Below the pieces are notes generated by a model that was not told where the DNA came from, did no database searches, and saw nothing but the letters and a program-made list of their open reading frames with translations. Shown in pieces: positions 25,190 to 38,510 of a stretch of 64,000 nucleotides of DNA. Location of the stretch: positions 6,882,001-6,946,000 of the forward strand of contig NC_043025.1 of assembly GCF_006345805.1 (NCBI RefSeq). Direction: 5' to 3'. This DNA is from Octopus sinensis. Its lineage: Eukaryota. The position numbers and the translations under genes are program-made. How positions within the stretch are numbered: position 1 is the stretch's first letter; each line of letters opens with the position of its first letter.

Positions 25190-26582
25190 AAACACAAAAG
25201 AAATAGCAGCCAAATCTCCCTCAAATCACACCATTCTGTCCTATGTATGCATATATGTATGTATGAGCCAATGAGGGAGACCTCTACATGGTAGCCAGAC
25301 CTGGTAGAAATAGCAGCCAAATCTCCCTCAAATCACACCCTACTGCCTTATGTATGTATCCATGTATGTATGAACCAATGAGGGAGACCTCTACAAAGGT
25401 TCTAGGCATGGTAGAAATAGCACCAAATCTCCTCAATCACACCCTACTGCCTTATGTATGTATCCATGTATGTATGGAACAATGAGGGAGACCTCTACTT
25501 GGTAGCTAGACCTGGTAGAAATAGCAACCAAATCTCCCTCAAATCACACCCTACTGCCTTATGTATGTATATATGTATGAGCCAATGAGGGAGACCTCTA
25601 CTTGGTAGCTAGACCTGGTAGAAATAGCAGCCAAATCTCCCTCAAATCACACCCTACTGCCTTATGTATGTATCCATGTATGTATGAGCCAATGAGGGAG
25701 ACCTCTACATGGTAGCCAGACCTGGTAGAAATAGCAGCCAAATCTCCCTCAAATCACACCCTACTGCCTTATGTATGTATCCATGTATGTATGAACCAAT
25801 GAGGGAGACCTCTACAAGGTAGCTAGGCATGGTAGAAATAGCAGCCAAATCTCCCTCAAATCACACCCTACTGCCTTATGTATGTATCCATGTATGTATG
25901 GAACAATGAGGGAGACCTCTACTTGGTAGCTAGACCTGGTAGAAATAGCAACCAAATCTCCCTCAAATCACACCCTACTGCCTTATGTATGTATATATGT
26001 ATGAGCCAATGAGGGAGACCTCTACTTGGTAGCTAGACCTGGTAGAAATAGCAGCCAAATCTCCCTCAAATCACACCATTCTGTCTCATGTATGTATCCA
26101 TGTATGTATGAGCCAATGAGGGAGACCTCTACGTGGTAGCTAGACATGGTAGAAATAGCAGCCAAATCTCCCTCAAATCACACCATTCTGTCTCATGTAT
26201 GTATCCATGTATGTATGAGCCAATGAGGGAGACCTCTACGTGGTAGCTAGACATGGTAGAAATAGCAGCCAAATCTCCCTCAAATCACACCATTCTGTCT
26301 TATGTATGAGCCAATGAGGGGGGTCCTCTACTTGGTAGCTAAACCTGGTAGAAATAGCAGCCAAATCTCCCTCAAATCACACCATTCTGTCTCATGTATG
26401 TATCCATGTATGTATGAGCCAATGAGGGAGACCTCTACGTGGTAGCTAAACCTGGTAGAAATAGCAGCCAAATCTCCCTCAAATCACACTACTGTCTTAT
26501 GTATGCATATATGTATATATGAGCCAATGAGGGGGACCTCTACTTGGTAGCTAGACCTGTTAGAAATTGCAACCAAATCTCC
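25190..26582. repeat. ~105-bp tandem repeat, about 13 copies
   Basis: ggtagaaatagcagccaaatctccctcaaatcacaccctactgccttatgtatgtatccatgtatgtatgagccaatgagggagacctctac... Confidence 0.95.
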
Positions 26583-26974
26583 TGAAACAAATCAAAACAG
26601 GCCACAAACCTTTAATCCAAAGTCTACCCAGCAACAGTTTGACCAAGACTTAGACAACAGCTGCAGCATTCATAGAAACATTCATTATCAAAGCCACAAT
26701 TCCAGACAAAACCAAATCAATCCAGTTTAATCCAGGTGAGACTTGTCAACTGCAGACATATCCAGAGCAGGTGGCTGTCAACAATGGGAAGGGGAGGCTA
26801 AGATATGAAGGTGTTGAAGGAGATTTGGCTGCCATTTTTAGCAGGTCAAACGACTATGTAGAAATGTCTTTAATTTGGGAACTATTTTCGATTTTTTACT
26901 CGTTTCAGTCATTTTTTACTGCGGCCATGCTGGGGCACTGCCTTGAAGGGGGTTTTAGTCAAACGTATGGACAT

Positions 26975-27193
26975 CTTTTACTCTTTTACTTGTTTCAGTC
27001 ATTTGACTGCGGCCATGCTGGAGCGCCGCCTTTAATCGAGCAACTCGACCCCGGGACTTATTCTTTTGTAAGCCCAGTACTTATTCTATCGGTCTCTTTT
27101 GCCGAACCGCTAAGTGACGGGGACATAAACACACCAGCATCGGTTGTCAAGCAATGCTAGAGGGACAAACACAGACACACAAACACACACATA

Positions 27194-27227
<34 letters not shown>

Positions 27228-27625
27228 TGTGGGCACGTAAGAAACACCATCCGATCGTGGCCGTTCGTCAGCCTCGTCTGGCACCTGTGTCGGTGGCACA
27301 TAAAATCACCCACTACACTCTCAGAGGGTTGGCATTAGGAAGGGCATCCAGCTGTAGAAAAACACTGCCAGATCTGACTGGCCTGGTGCAGCCTTCGGGC
27401 TCCCAGACCCCAGTTGAACCGTCCAACCCATGCTAGCATGGAAAGCGGACGTTAAATGATGATGATGATGATATATACAACGGGCTTCTTTCAGTTTCCG
27501 TCTACCAAATCCACTCACAAGGCATTGGTCGGCCCGAGGCTATTGTAGAAGACACTTGCCCAAGGTGCCACGCAGTGGGACTGAACCCGGAACCATGTGG
27601 TTGGTAAACAAGCTACTTACCACAC
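26975..27625 (-). mobile_element. SINE A interrupted by a VNTR retroposon in its (TA)n linker
   Basis: SINE 3' half at 26975-27205, insert at ~27229-27472, SINE 5' half resumes at 27480 (acgggcttctttcagtttcc). Confidence 0.8.
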
Positions 27626-27788
27626 AGGGAACTATTTTCGATTTTTTACTTGTTTCAGTCATATTTGACTGTGGCCATGCTGGGGCATTGCCTTGAAGGG
27701 GGTTTTAGTCAAACGTATGGACATCAGGCCTTATTTTTTTTAATGCAATGTTATTTTTTTCTGTTTTCTTTAGATAGATACAGAAATT

Positions 27789-28181
27789 GGGATCTTTTCG
27801 GTTTGAATGGCAGTTTTTTCTAGCGGTGTCATATGAAATTGTCACCCATAATTATGACCCTAGTATCGATCTATTGCATTTCAATCTATTTTAGTTTTAG
27901 GGTTAGGGGTGGGGGAAGGGTATCTTTTTTTCTTCACAAATGTAAATAAACCCAATCTGTTTCTGAAACGAGGGACATATTCATATGGCACAGAATGTTT
28001 TTTTTACCTCAATAGACGTCATTGATTGGTTGAAATTGCAGAAATTGAACTATGGAATTTTCTCAATAAAGCCAAGTGAAAAAGATGTTTTATAAACACA
28101 TTCTACCAGTATATGAAGTTTAAAATTTTTTACTTACCTAGAAATTATGTTAAAAACTGCCGTTGAAACCGAAAAGATCCC
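27789..28181 (+). mobile_element. MITE with ~30-bp TIRs (gggatcttttcggtttgaatggcagttttt / aaaaactgccgttgaaaccgaaaagatccc)
   Basis: TIRs are visible, with an internal ttagggttagggg motif. Superfamily and TSD were not resolved. Confidence 0.75.
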
Positions 28182-28508
28182 GCAACTGGTACTTAATTTA
28201 TCAACCCCTGTGTAGGGATTAACGGTTCAAGACGATGAAATATTAAAAGTGTTAATTACAAGTATTAATTAAAAGTATTATTTTGGAACATTGCTTAAAC
28301 AGTAATGCAATGTCACATGACTTTGATAGTATGGAGTGGATGTTTAAAATAAAAATATTACCAAGGCAACCAGAAATGAAATCAAAAGCGTGAAATTGAA
28401 GCAGCCATTTTGGCATGTTTCGTTCACAAAGGTTTTTAAATAAAACAGCGTAAAGATAAGTGTTTCTTTCAAAATTTCATTTGATATTAAGAAAAAAATA
28501 TTCAAACA

Positions 28509-29315
28509 GGCGCAGGAGTGGCTGTGTGGTAAGTAGCTTGCTAACCAACCACATGGTTCTGGGTTCAATCCCACAGCATGGCATCTTGGGCAAATGTCTT
28601 CTGCTATAGCCCCGGGCCGACCAATGCCTTGTGAGTGGATTTGGTAGACGGAAACTGAAAGAAGCCTGCCGTATATATATGTGTGTATATATATATATGT
28701 ATGTGTGTGTGTGTTTGTGTGTCTGTCCCCCCAGCATTGCTTGACAACTGAGGCTGGTGTGTGTTTACGTCCCCGTCACTCAGCAGTTCGGCAAAAGAGA
28801 CCGATAGAATAAGTACTGAACTGACAAAAGAATAAGTCCCGGGGTCGAGTTGCTCGACTAAAGGCGGTGCTCCAGCATGGCCGCAGTCAAATGACTGAAA
28901 CAAGTAAAAGAGTAAAAGAGTAAAGAGTAAACAGCGGATGTTTAAAAGAAACCCAGCATCGGTTTATCGGGTGATGATTGGAAACAACCAACTCTAAAGT
29001 ACTGGAAATCTTAGACATTCAGTTACAATGTTTTAAAGAATACGCTGCACTTGTATTGAGTCCTGTAACTTATTACTTCTGGTTAATCAACAGATATTTC
29101 TTGTTCTTTTCTTTTCTTTTACTTGTTTCAGTCATTTGACTGCGGCCATGCTGGAGCACCGCCTTTAGTTGATCAAATCGACCCCGGGACTTATTCTTTT
29201 GTAAGTCCAGTACTTATTCTATCAGTCTCTTTTGGCGAACCGCTAAGTGACGGAGATGTAAACACACCAGCATCGGTTGTCAAGCAATGCTAGGGGGACA
29301 AACACAGACACACAA

Positions 29316-29348
<33 letters not shown>

Positions 29349-29513
29349 CATATATACGACAGGCTTCTTTCAGTTTCCGTCTACCAAATCCACTCGCAAG
29401 GCATTGGTCGGCCCGGGGCCATAGCAGAAGACACTTACCCAAGGTGCCACGCAGTGGGACTGAACCCGCAACCATGTGGTTGGTTAGCAAGCTACTTATC
29501 ACACAGCCACTCC
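28509..29513. mobile_element. Tail-to-tail inverted SINE A pair (28509-28929 plus; 29113-29513 minus)
   Basis: Two near full-length copies in opposite orientation, about 185 bp apart. Confidence 0.85.
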
Positions 29514-29769
29514 ATATATATATCACCGTGATCACTGTGACCGACCAGGCTATCAGATGTTGCTACACATCGCTGGTCACAATGTGCTTTGCTTTGTTTT
29601 AACCTTCAGATGACGCCACCCCGCTGGCTAAGCGAGCAGGCCAACAGAAGAAAGAGTGGGAGAAAGAGTACAGCAGGGATCACCACCCCCTGCCGGAGCC
29701 TCATGGAGCTTTTAGGTGTTTTTGCTCAATAAACACTCACAACACCAAGTCTGGGAATTGAAATTGCGC

Positions 29770-30550
29770 GCGTGTCTGTGTGTGTGTATATATGTATATG
29801 TGTGTATGTGTGTGAATATATGTGTATATATGTGTGTGTATGTATGTGTGTATATATGAGTGTGTATGTGCATATATATATATATATGTGTGTGTGTATG
29901 TGTGTATATATGAATATGTATATGTGTGTGAATATATGTGTATATATGTGTGTGTATGTATGTGTGTATATATGAGTGTGTATGTGCATATATATATATA
30001 TATATGTGTGTGTGTATGTGTGTATATATGAATATGTATATGTGTGTATATATGTATGTGTGCATATATATATATATGTGTGTGTATGTGTGTATATATG
30101 AATATGTATATGTGTGTATATATGTATGTGTGTATATATGAGTGTGTATATGTGTGTGTGTATAATCTGTATCTATATCTAAAATAGCAGTGTGTATATA
30201 AATTTGAGTAAAGATGTAAATGAGGGTGTGTGTGTGTGTGTGCCTGAGCATGTATATGCGTTTGACATGTATACATGAATGTTTCTATGCATGTGCATAT
30301 ATATACATGCATGTATGTATGTATGTATGTATGTATGTATGTATGTATGTATGTATGTATGTGTGTGTGTATTTATGTATATGTTAGTGAATGTATATTC
30401 ACTCTATATATTCATCTATATATCATATATATATATTTATTTCTATGTATTTGTGCATATTTATGTGTGTGTGTGAGTGTGTATGAAATGGGAAGCATGT
30501 ATACAGCTGTGTGTGAAAGTGTGTATATGTAGATATGTGTGTGTACGTGT
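29770..30550. repeat. (TG)/(TA)/(ATGT)n compound microsatellite
   Basis: Directly visible. Confidence 0.9.
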
Positions 30551-31009
30551 GTGATTAAATTTCGATTTAAAGATTAAGTTTATTTAATATGCAATTTGTT
30601 TCCAGAATAATCCGTCGACAGAAATTTAATATACACTCACCTCACACTCACAAACACATGAATGTATTAAAATATTTATAAATATAGGCGCAGGAGTGGC
30701 TGTGTGGTAAGTAGCTTGCTTACCAACCACATGGTTCCAGGTTCAGTCCCACTGCGTGGCACCTTGGGCAAGTGTCTTCTGCTATAGCCTCGGGCCGACC
30801 ACAGCCTTGTGAGTGGATTTGGTAGACGGAAACTGGAAAGAAGCCTGTCGTATATATGTATATATGTGTGTGTGTGTATGTGTTTGTGTGTCCCCCTAGG
30901 GTAGTTTTTCTATCTGGCTCACTCCTGTCAACTGTCCCACCCATGCATGCATGGAAGATGGACGTTAAACGATGATGATGTATGTGTGTATGTATGTCCC
31001 TAGGATTGT

Positions 31010-31375
31010 GCCTTGAGAGCACATTCACCACAGAGGGCTACCAGTTTAGTTTCCAAAGGATTAAAAGTTGCAAGCCATCTCCTACCCCCACTCAACAATA
31101 GATCGAAGAGCATTAGCAAGGTTAGCAGTGATATCAACCTTATCAGACAAGTCGTCAGATTTGTCCAAACAAGAGTACAAAGCAGAGATATCATCATAGA
31201 TTATTAGCTGACAGGTATGATCAGGTAGATCATTGATGAAAAGAAGAAAGAAAGTTGGGCCCAGGAAGATCCTTGAGGAACCCCAGCATTGATAGAATAA
31301 CTAGATGAAGATTGAGCGTCAAGAACAACCTTGATCCTACGGTCACAAAGGACAGAGGAGGTGATGTTCAGCATG
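31010..31375 (-). mobile_element. Degenerate LINE reverse-transcriptase fragment (CR1/Jockey group)
   Basis: Minus strand with frameshifts: DRRIKVVLDAQSSSSYSINAGVPQGS-GPTFFLLFINDLPD...IYDD...WLATFNPLETK. GVPQGS lies at about 31268-31285. Confidence 0.85.
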
Positions 31376-31599
31376 AAATTTGATACACCAAAGGATTGGA
31401 GCTTCCACAGAAGTCCAGCATGCCAAAGTAAAGAATAATTTTATGTAAAGAGCACGTGAATATTGTTACCATTCCGAAATACAAAACATGTGAATATTGG
31501 AGAGCAAGAAAAACAAAAAAAAAGGTCAAAAGCTGCCTGTGAGATAATTGTCTCAAACATTTATAAATTCTCATGATATCAACAAAATATATACACTCG

Positions 31600-31935
31600 C
31601 CTCCTTATGAAAGCTCAAAATCTCTCGTGGAGGCGCCATCCAACCAAAATGCAAATATATGGGAAACTACCACCTGTGTCATCTCTTGTGAAAGGTAGGA
31701 GAGTCCAGCCTGCTGGACATTGTTGTAGAGCTGAAAACGAAGCAATTTCTACTCTCCTCCACTGGAAGCCATCTACTCACGATACCAGAGGGCGCACACT
31801 CTCCTACCCTGATGTAATCTCCAGGGATACAAGCCTCCAGCAACAGGACCTCCATAATGCCATGATGGACCGTGAAGTCTAGCATAGCACGGTAAATTCC
31901 ATTGTCTCGACCACAGTCGAACAATGATGATGATA
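31600..31935 (+). mobile_element. 3' end of an RTE-clade LINE
   Basis: KAQNLSWRRHPTK..IYGKLPPVS...AGHCCRAENEAISTLLHWKP...RGRTLSYPDVISRDT...NAMMDREV*, followed by a (TGA)n tail. Confidence 0.75.
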
Positions 31936-32264
31936 GTCATTTTACAAGGACCGATTTGATGGAGACCCTAGGTGTACACATTTTATTTTATTACAAATTT
32001 TTCAATCACAAGATGCAAATTTGGAATGGAGTGGAAAAGTTCCTACTGCCACAACAGATGTTTCTGTGCGTTACCAAGAAATTTATGGAGATTGAAAAAA
32101 AAGCTTCTTCTAAACAAACAACCCAAGATTTGCTTTTGAAAAAGAAATCTATAGGTCTGTCTACGAGTGCTTGTGAATTGGTAATTGCATCAACAAGTGA
32201 TGGTGTTCGCAAGTCTAGTGTGAGGGAAAGTGATACAGAAAACATCATCATCATCGGTGAGCTT

Positions 32265-32820
32265 GCAGAAATGTTAGCACACCGGGTGAAATGCCTAGTG
32301 GTATTTCATCTGCCGCTACGTTCTGAGTTCAAATTCCACCGAGGTCAACTTTGCCTTTCATCCTACGGGGTCGATAAATTAAGTACCAGTTATGCACTGG
32401 GGTTGATGTAATCGACAATCCGTTTGTCTGTCCTTGTTTGTCCCCTCTGTGTTTAGCCCCTTGTGGGTAGTAAAGAAATAGGTATTTCGTCTGCCGCTAC
32501 GTTCTGAGTTCAAATTCTGCCGAGATCGACTTTGCCTTTCATCCTTTCAGGGTTGATTAAATAAGTACCAGTTACGCACTGGAGTCGATATAATCAACTC
32601 TTTGTCTGTCCTCTCTGTGTTTCGCCCCTTGTGGGTAATAAAGAAATAGGTAGTTCATCTGTCTTTACGTTCTGTGTTCAAATTCCACCGTGGTCGACTT
32701 TGCCTTTCATCTTTTCCGTGTTGATAAATTAAGTACCAGTTGCGCACTGGGGTCGATCTAATCGACTGGCCCTCTCCCCAAAAATTTCAGGCCTCGTGCT
32801 TGGAGTAGAAAAGAATATTC
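32265..32820 (+). mobile_element. SINE family B multimer: head, 2 units and a normal-tailed third body
   Basis: Same head and gtattt...aaatag junctions; ends with the cccaaaaatttcaggcctcgtgc...gtagaaaagaat tail. Confidence 0.75.
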
Positions 32821-33072
32821 TACATTATAAATGATCTTGACATTCTTTTTACTTTACATAAAATATTCTTTACATTCTACTGTTGTTTTATTGCCATTTA
32901 TATATGAGTATCATAAATTTTATAGATAAAATATTTTTCTGCAAACAAATTACAATTTATAACATTGCTACTATGGAAAATTATTATGCTGTTTAATGAG
33001 GTTTCGCTTAACGAGTGGTCTCCAGGAATAAATTGACCCATATAATGAGGCATTGCTGTATTCTTTTGATTC

Positions 33073-33578
33073 CTTTACTGGTTTCAGTCATTTGACTGCG
33101 GCCATGCTGGAGCACTGCGTTTAGTCGAGCAAATCGACCCCAGGACTTATTCTTTGTAAGCCTAGTACTTATTCTATCGGTCTCTTTTGCCGAACCGCTA
33201 AGTTACAGGGACGTAAATACACCAGCATCGGTTGTCAAGCAATGTTGGGAGGACAAACACAGACACACACATACATATATATACACATACGACGGGCTTC
33301 TTTCAGTTTCCGTCTACCAAATCCACTCACAAGGCTTTGGTCAGCCCAAGGCTATAGCGGAAGACACTTGCCCAAGGTGCAACGCAGTGGGACTGAACCT
33401 GGAGCCAAGTGGTTGGGAAGCAAGCTTCTTACCACACAGACACACATGCCAGCCAAGCATTTCATGGGTCCTGGATAGCTCCTTGGTTGGTCAGTTCCTG
33501 TCAAACCAGCCAACCCATGCCAGCAATGCAAAATGGACATTAAATAATGATGGTGATATATATATATGTGTATATATA

Positions 33579-33627
<49 letters not shown>

Positions 33628-34006
33628 CGCAGGAGTGTCTGTGTGGTAAGTAGCTTGTCTACCAACCACATGGTTCCGGGTTCAGTCCCACTGCTTGGCA
33701 TCTTGGGCAAGTGTCTTCTACTATAGCCTCGGGCCGACCAAAGCCTTGTGAGTGGATTTGGTAGATGGAAACTGAAAGAAGCCCATCGTATGTGTGTGTG
33801 TGTATATATAGGTTTGTGTGTCTGTGTTGACAACCTATGCTGGTGTATTTACATCCCTGTAACTTAGTGGTTCGGCAAAAGAGCTGGATAGAATGAGTAC
33901 TAGGCTTAGAAACAGTAAGTCCTGGGGTCGATTTGCTCAACTAAAAGGCAGTGCTCCAGCATGGCCGCAGTCAAATGACTGAAACAAATAAAAGAATAAA
34001 AGAATA
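33073..34006. mobile_element. Head-to-head inverted SINE A pair (33073-33450 minus; 33626-34006 plus)
   Basis: Two copies in opposite orientation, about 175 bp apart. Confidence 0.8.
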
Positions 34007-34009
34007 TAT

Positions 34010-34466
34010 ATATACATACATACATGCGTATACACACACACATACACGTGTATGTTGTGGTGTGTACATGTCAGGTGGTATAGATGTGTGTGTGTGTGTG
34101 TGTATGTGTATGAACAGTTTGTGATCTTGTGTGTATGTATGTGTATGTGTGAGTGTGTGCACAGATGAATGCGTGTATGTGTTTAGATGTATGCGTGTGT
34201 TGGCACACACGGAAAAAGAAACATAAGATGTCTGATGAGGTGGTTTATAAATAGAATAAGCGCGTATACATGTGTGTTTGTGTAATGTATACACACACAT
34301 ACATGTGTATGTATACATGTTCATACAAATTCTCGCACTTACAGAAACAAGCACATTCACAGAGATATATAAATATATATACACACACACACATCAATAC
34401 CATCAGCTACATACAATGAAACATTATACATACACAAATATATGTATTGTGTGCGTGTATGTGTAA

Positions 34467-34518
<52 letters not shown>

Positions 34519-34622
34519 GGATATATACACACATTTAAACAGCATGCATACACAGATGTGTTATATATATAGTATGTATATATATATATATATATATATA
34601 CATATATACTATATGTATTATG

Positions 34623-34670
<48 letters not shown>

Positions 34671-34817
34671 TGTATTATGTATGTATAAGTATGTATATAT
34701 ATATATATTATATATATACATATGTATTATGTATGTATAAGTATGTATGTATATATATATATATATATATATACATAATGTATTATGTATGTATAAGTAT
34801 GTATGTATATATATACA

Positions 34818-34862
<45 letters not shown>

Positions 34863-34865
34863 ATG

Positions 34866-34910
<45 letters not shown>

Positions 34911-35053
34911 GTACAAATACATACAATTTGTGGCGAAACATATGTATATAAAAGTGTATGTATGTGTATTCTCAAAGAACAGACACACACTAATATATAT
35001 ATATATATGCATGTATATATATATATTAATGTATACACATTACATGTCTACTG

Positions 35054-35087
<34 letters not shown>

Positions 35088-35214
35088 CTGGGAAGCCAAA
35101 CTATATTTATACATGTGTCTGTGTGTATATATGTGCCTGCCTTGACTTAATCTATCCACCTAAGTATATACATACCTACCAACATATATATATATATATA
35201 CATATATATATAAC

Positions 35215-35264
<50 letters not shown>

Positions 35265-35265
35265 T

Positions 35266-35315
<50 letters not shown>
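34010..35315. repeat. (TA)n-dominated compound microsatellite
   Basis: Directly visible. Confidence 0.9.
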
Positions 35316-35603
35316 GGCTGTATACACACATGTGGTGGAGGGTGGTGTGCAAGTGTGGTGAAGTATTTAAGTAACGAAGACAATCACTGCTTGTAATTAG
35401 AAACACAGTAATCAGCTTATTAAGAAATGGTCAGTGAAGCCGCCAGTCCGGTAAAATGGTGGTGGAGAGGGATGTAGGCTGAAGGCATACAGTCTCCACA
35501 TACATACACATACTTATATGGACGCATACTGATATTACAGATGCATATATACATACGCACACACACAAATGTATGTATGTGTGTGTATATATATATGTAT
35601 ATA

Positions 35604-35998
35604 CTCTTTTACTTGTTTCAGTCATTTACCTGCGGCCAAGTTGGAGCACCGCCTTTTAGTCGAGCAAATCGACCGCAGGACTTATTCTTTGTAAGTCCAG
35701 TACTTATTCTATCGGTCTCTTTTGCCGAACCGCTAAGTCACGGGGACGTAAACACACCAGCATCGGTTGTCAAGCAATGCTAGGGGGACAAACACAGACA
35801 TACAAACACACATATATATATAAATACACATATATACGATGGGCTTCTTTCAGTTTCTGTCTACCAAATCCACTCACAAGGCTTTGGTCGGCCCAAGGCT
35901 ATATTAGAAGACACTTGCCTAAGGTGCCATGTAGTGGGACTGAACCCTGAACCATGTGGTTGGTAAGCAAGCTACTTACCACACAGCCACTCCTATGC
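35604..35998 (-). mobile_element. SINE A copy
   Basis: tcttttacttgtttcagtc...ccacacagccactcct. Confidence 0.8.
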
Positions 35999-36027
35999 CT
36001 ATGTATGTATGTATGTATATATATGTG

Positions 36028-36072
<45 letters not shown>

Positions 36073-36364
36073 TGCAAAATCGTTCCTGCATTGCCATCAC
36101 CTAATAGAAAATCCCACACATGTGAAGGCTATGACCAGCCGTTTTTGTGATGGGTCTTACCTTTTTTTTTGTTTACAAGCGATGCCTGTGCATGATGATT
36201 TATTGTAGTTTGGAAAGGATTTGCACAAATCCAGTCCTGCTCTCTGAACATGGACAGCATAGACTCAAAAAGAAGAACTAGTTTACATCATCCAATATTG
36301 TCAGTGCCGCGGGTTTTCCTTCAGAGTTTCCCCTCTCCAAGAGAGATCTTGTGACAACAACAGA

Positions 36365-36772
36365 GGGTCTGGCAGAAACGTTAGCACGCCAGGCGAAATG
36401 CATAGCCGGATCTCGCCTGCCACTAAGTTCTGAGTTCAAATTCCGCCGAGGTCGACTTTGCCTTTCATCCGTTCTGGATCGATAAATTAAGTACCAGTTA
36501 CACACTGGGGTCGATGTAACCGACTTAATCCATTTGTCTGTCCTTGTTTGTCCCCTCTATGTTTAGCCCCTTGTGGGTAGTAAAGAAATAGGTATTTCGT
36601 CTGTCGTTACGTCCCAAGTTCAAATTCCGCCGAGGTCAACATTGCCTTTCATCCTTTCGGGATCAATAAATTAAGTACCCGTTACGCACTAGGGTCGATG
36701 TAATCGACTTAATCCATTTGTCTGTCCTTGTTTGTCCCCTCTATGTTTAGCCCCTTGTGGGTAGTAAAGAAA
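36365..36772 (+). mobile_element. SINE family B dimer
   Basis: Head ctggcagaaacgttagcacgcc plus two units joined at aaatag|gtatttcg. Confidence 0.75.
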
Positions 36773-36848
36773 CAGAGGGGCCTCCCACTCCCAGAGGGGC
36801 CTCCCACTCCCAGAGGGGCCTCCCACTCCCAGAGGGGCCTCCCACTGC
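36773..36848. repeat. 19-bp GC-rich minisatellite, 4 copies
   Basis: cagaggggcctcccactcc x4. Confidence 0.9.
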
Positions 36849-37379
36849 CAGAGTGGCCAACCGCACACTTGGACACTAACCCAGGTATTTCCAGGTCCCT
36901 CCACATACATACATGCATGCATACATACATACATACACAGGTACACATATTGTTGGATGGTTGTTGACTGCCCATGAGCTCTACCGCCTTGTGACAGGTC
37001 TTATTTTTCATCCTGTAGGGTGTCCAACGATGACCCTCCTTACCAAGTAAGATTGATGCACATATATATAATATAGATTGGACATGGGCGATCGTTATAT
37101 TCTTTCTTGTCTTTAGGTTCACAGCCAAACGGCTGGGTGGATTCACGTGAAAAATGGCACACATGTGGAGACGGGTGCATAGATCGGAATGCAGTTTGTA
37201 TTTTTTTCCTAACCCCCATACTTACCGAGAAAATCGCTTAAAACTTTCTCTAATGGAATTTCCCTCTTTCTTCTGCCATTAAAACAACTAGTTGCTTAGG
37301 AGCTGTTTTCTGACGGGGTGGGGACAGGAAATTTTCATATAGCTGGAGGCTCCAATCGAAACAGGGGACCCGAAATGAT

Positions 37380-37474
37380 AAGGTTGACAAACGCTGTTAT
37401 AGATTATGCCTGACCAAAAACAATCACAGCCACATCATCCAAACAGACCAGGTGAAACCGGGCTTAGCTGCTAG
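37380..37474 (+). mobile_element. Probable 3' end of another Helitron
   Basis: Ends accaggtgaaaccgggcttagctgCTAG|t, similar to the other Helitron 3' ends; the 5' end was not located. Confidence 0.4.
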
Positions 37475-37558
37475 TATATATAATATATTTATTTATACAC
37501 AGTGACAAATACATATATACATCCACATGCACATGTATATAGTTACAGTCTGCTTTAA

Positions 37559-38010
37559 CCCTTTTGTTACCAACCCCACTGAAACCACCTCTGGTTCTGT
37601 TGTACAAATATCTTGTTTTCATAAGTTTTGAATTAAAATCTTCCACCAAACCTTAGTCACAATTTATGTTCCTAACACTAGCTTAATGATAACCAAGTTA
37701 TTTTACTAAATTCTTTGTTATATTTAAAATTAATTGAAAGAAACACAGAGCATCTCAACAGAAATATGGTAACAAAAGGGTTCAAGTTACCATAATATTT
37801 TTAACCCTTTTGATGCAAACCCGGTTGAAACCACCTCTGGCTCTGTGGTAAAATGTCTTGTTATCAAAAGTTTTTAATTAAAATCTTCCACCAAACCTTA
37901 GTCACAATTTATGTTCCTAACACTACCTTAATGAGTTATTTTACTAAATTCTTTGTTATATTTCAAATTCACTGAAAGAAACACAGAGCATCTCAACAGA
38001 AATACAGTAA
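37559..38010 (+). mobile_element. MITE-1 dimer
   Basis: Two units joined by ttcaagttaccataatatttttaa, with TTAA at both outer ends. A further partial copy lies at ~38560-38745. Confidence 0.8.
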
Positions 38011-38510
38011 CGAAAGGGTTAAACACCTGTGATAGAAAGATAGAAGAAACAACAGCCCAGGAGGTCAGACAGTCAGACAGGCAGGCAAGGTATGCTAGAC
38101 ACCTTTCCAAGCACATACCTGAAACCTATTAATTTCAACTTTGGATACAGTTCAGTGAACACCAAATAATATAGATTTCATCAAAAACAGTGGTTAACCT
38201 AAATATTTAAAATTCATCGTTTTTTTTTTTTTTAAAGGTAATTTCTTTTTATACATCACACACCAATTAACCTCGTTTCCTATAAACAAAGGGTTCTCAA
38301 CCACTTTTATCTATGGCCCCTTTCGATTACTATTTTATTCTGGTGGACCCCCATAGCCATTCGATGTTTAAAAACTAGTTTTATAGAAACTTCTTTCAAA
38401 ATTCCTATTTTGTTTTCCACACATTAACTTGTGTAGGTTGAACAATGGAAAATGTTAGAGAAAGAGACCCAGATGTTTCTTGCAATACAGACCAATACAT
38501 ACATCTAAAG

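Noticed and set aside
27895-27910. ttagggttaggg telomere-like motif (also ccctaaccctaa at ~62775)
   Set aside because: Only two units, internal to a MITE; not a telomere or interstitial array.
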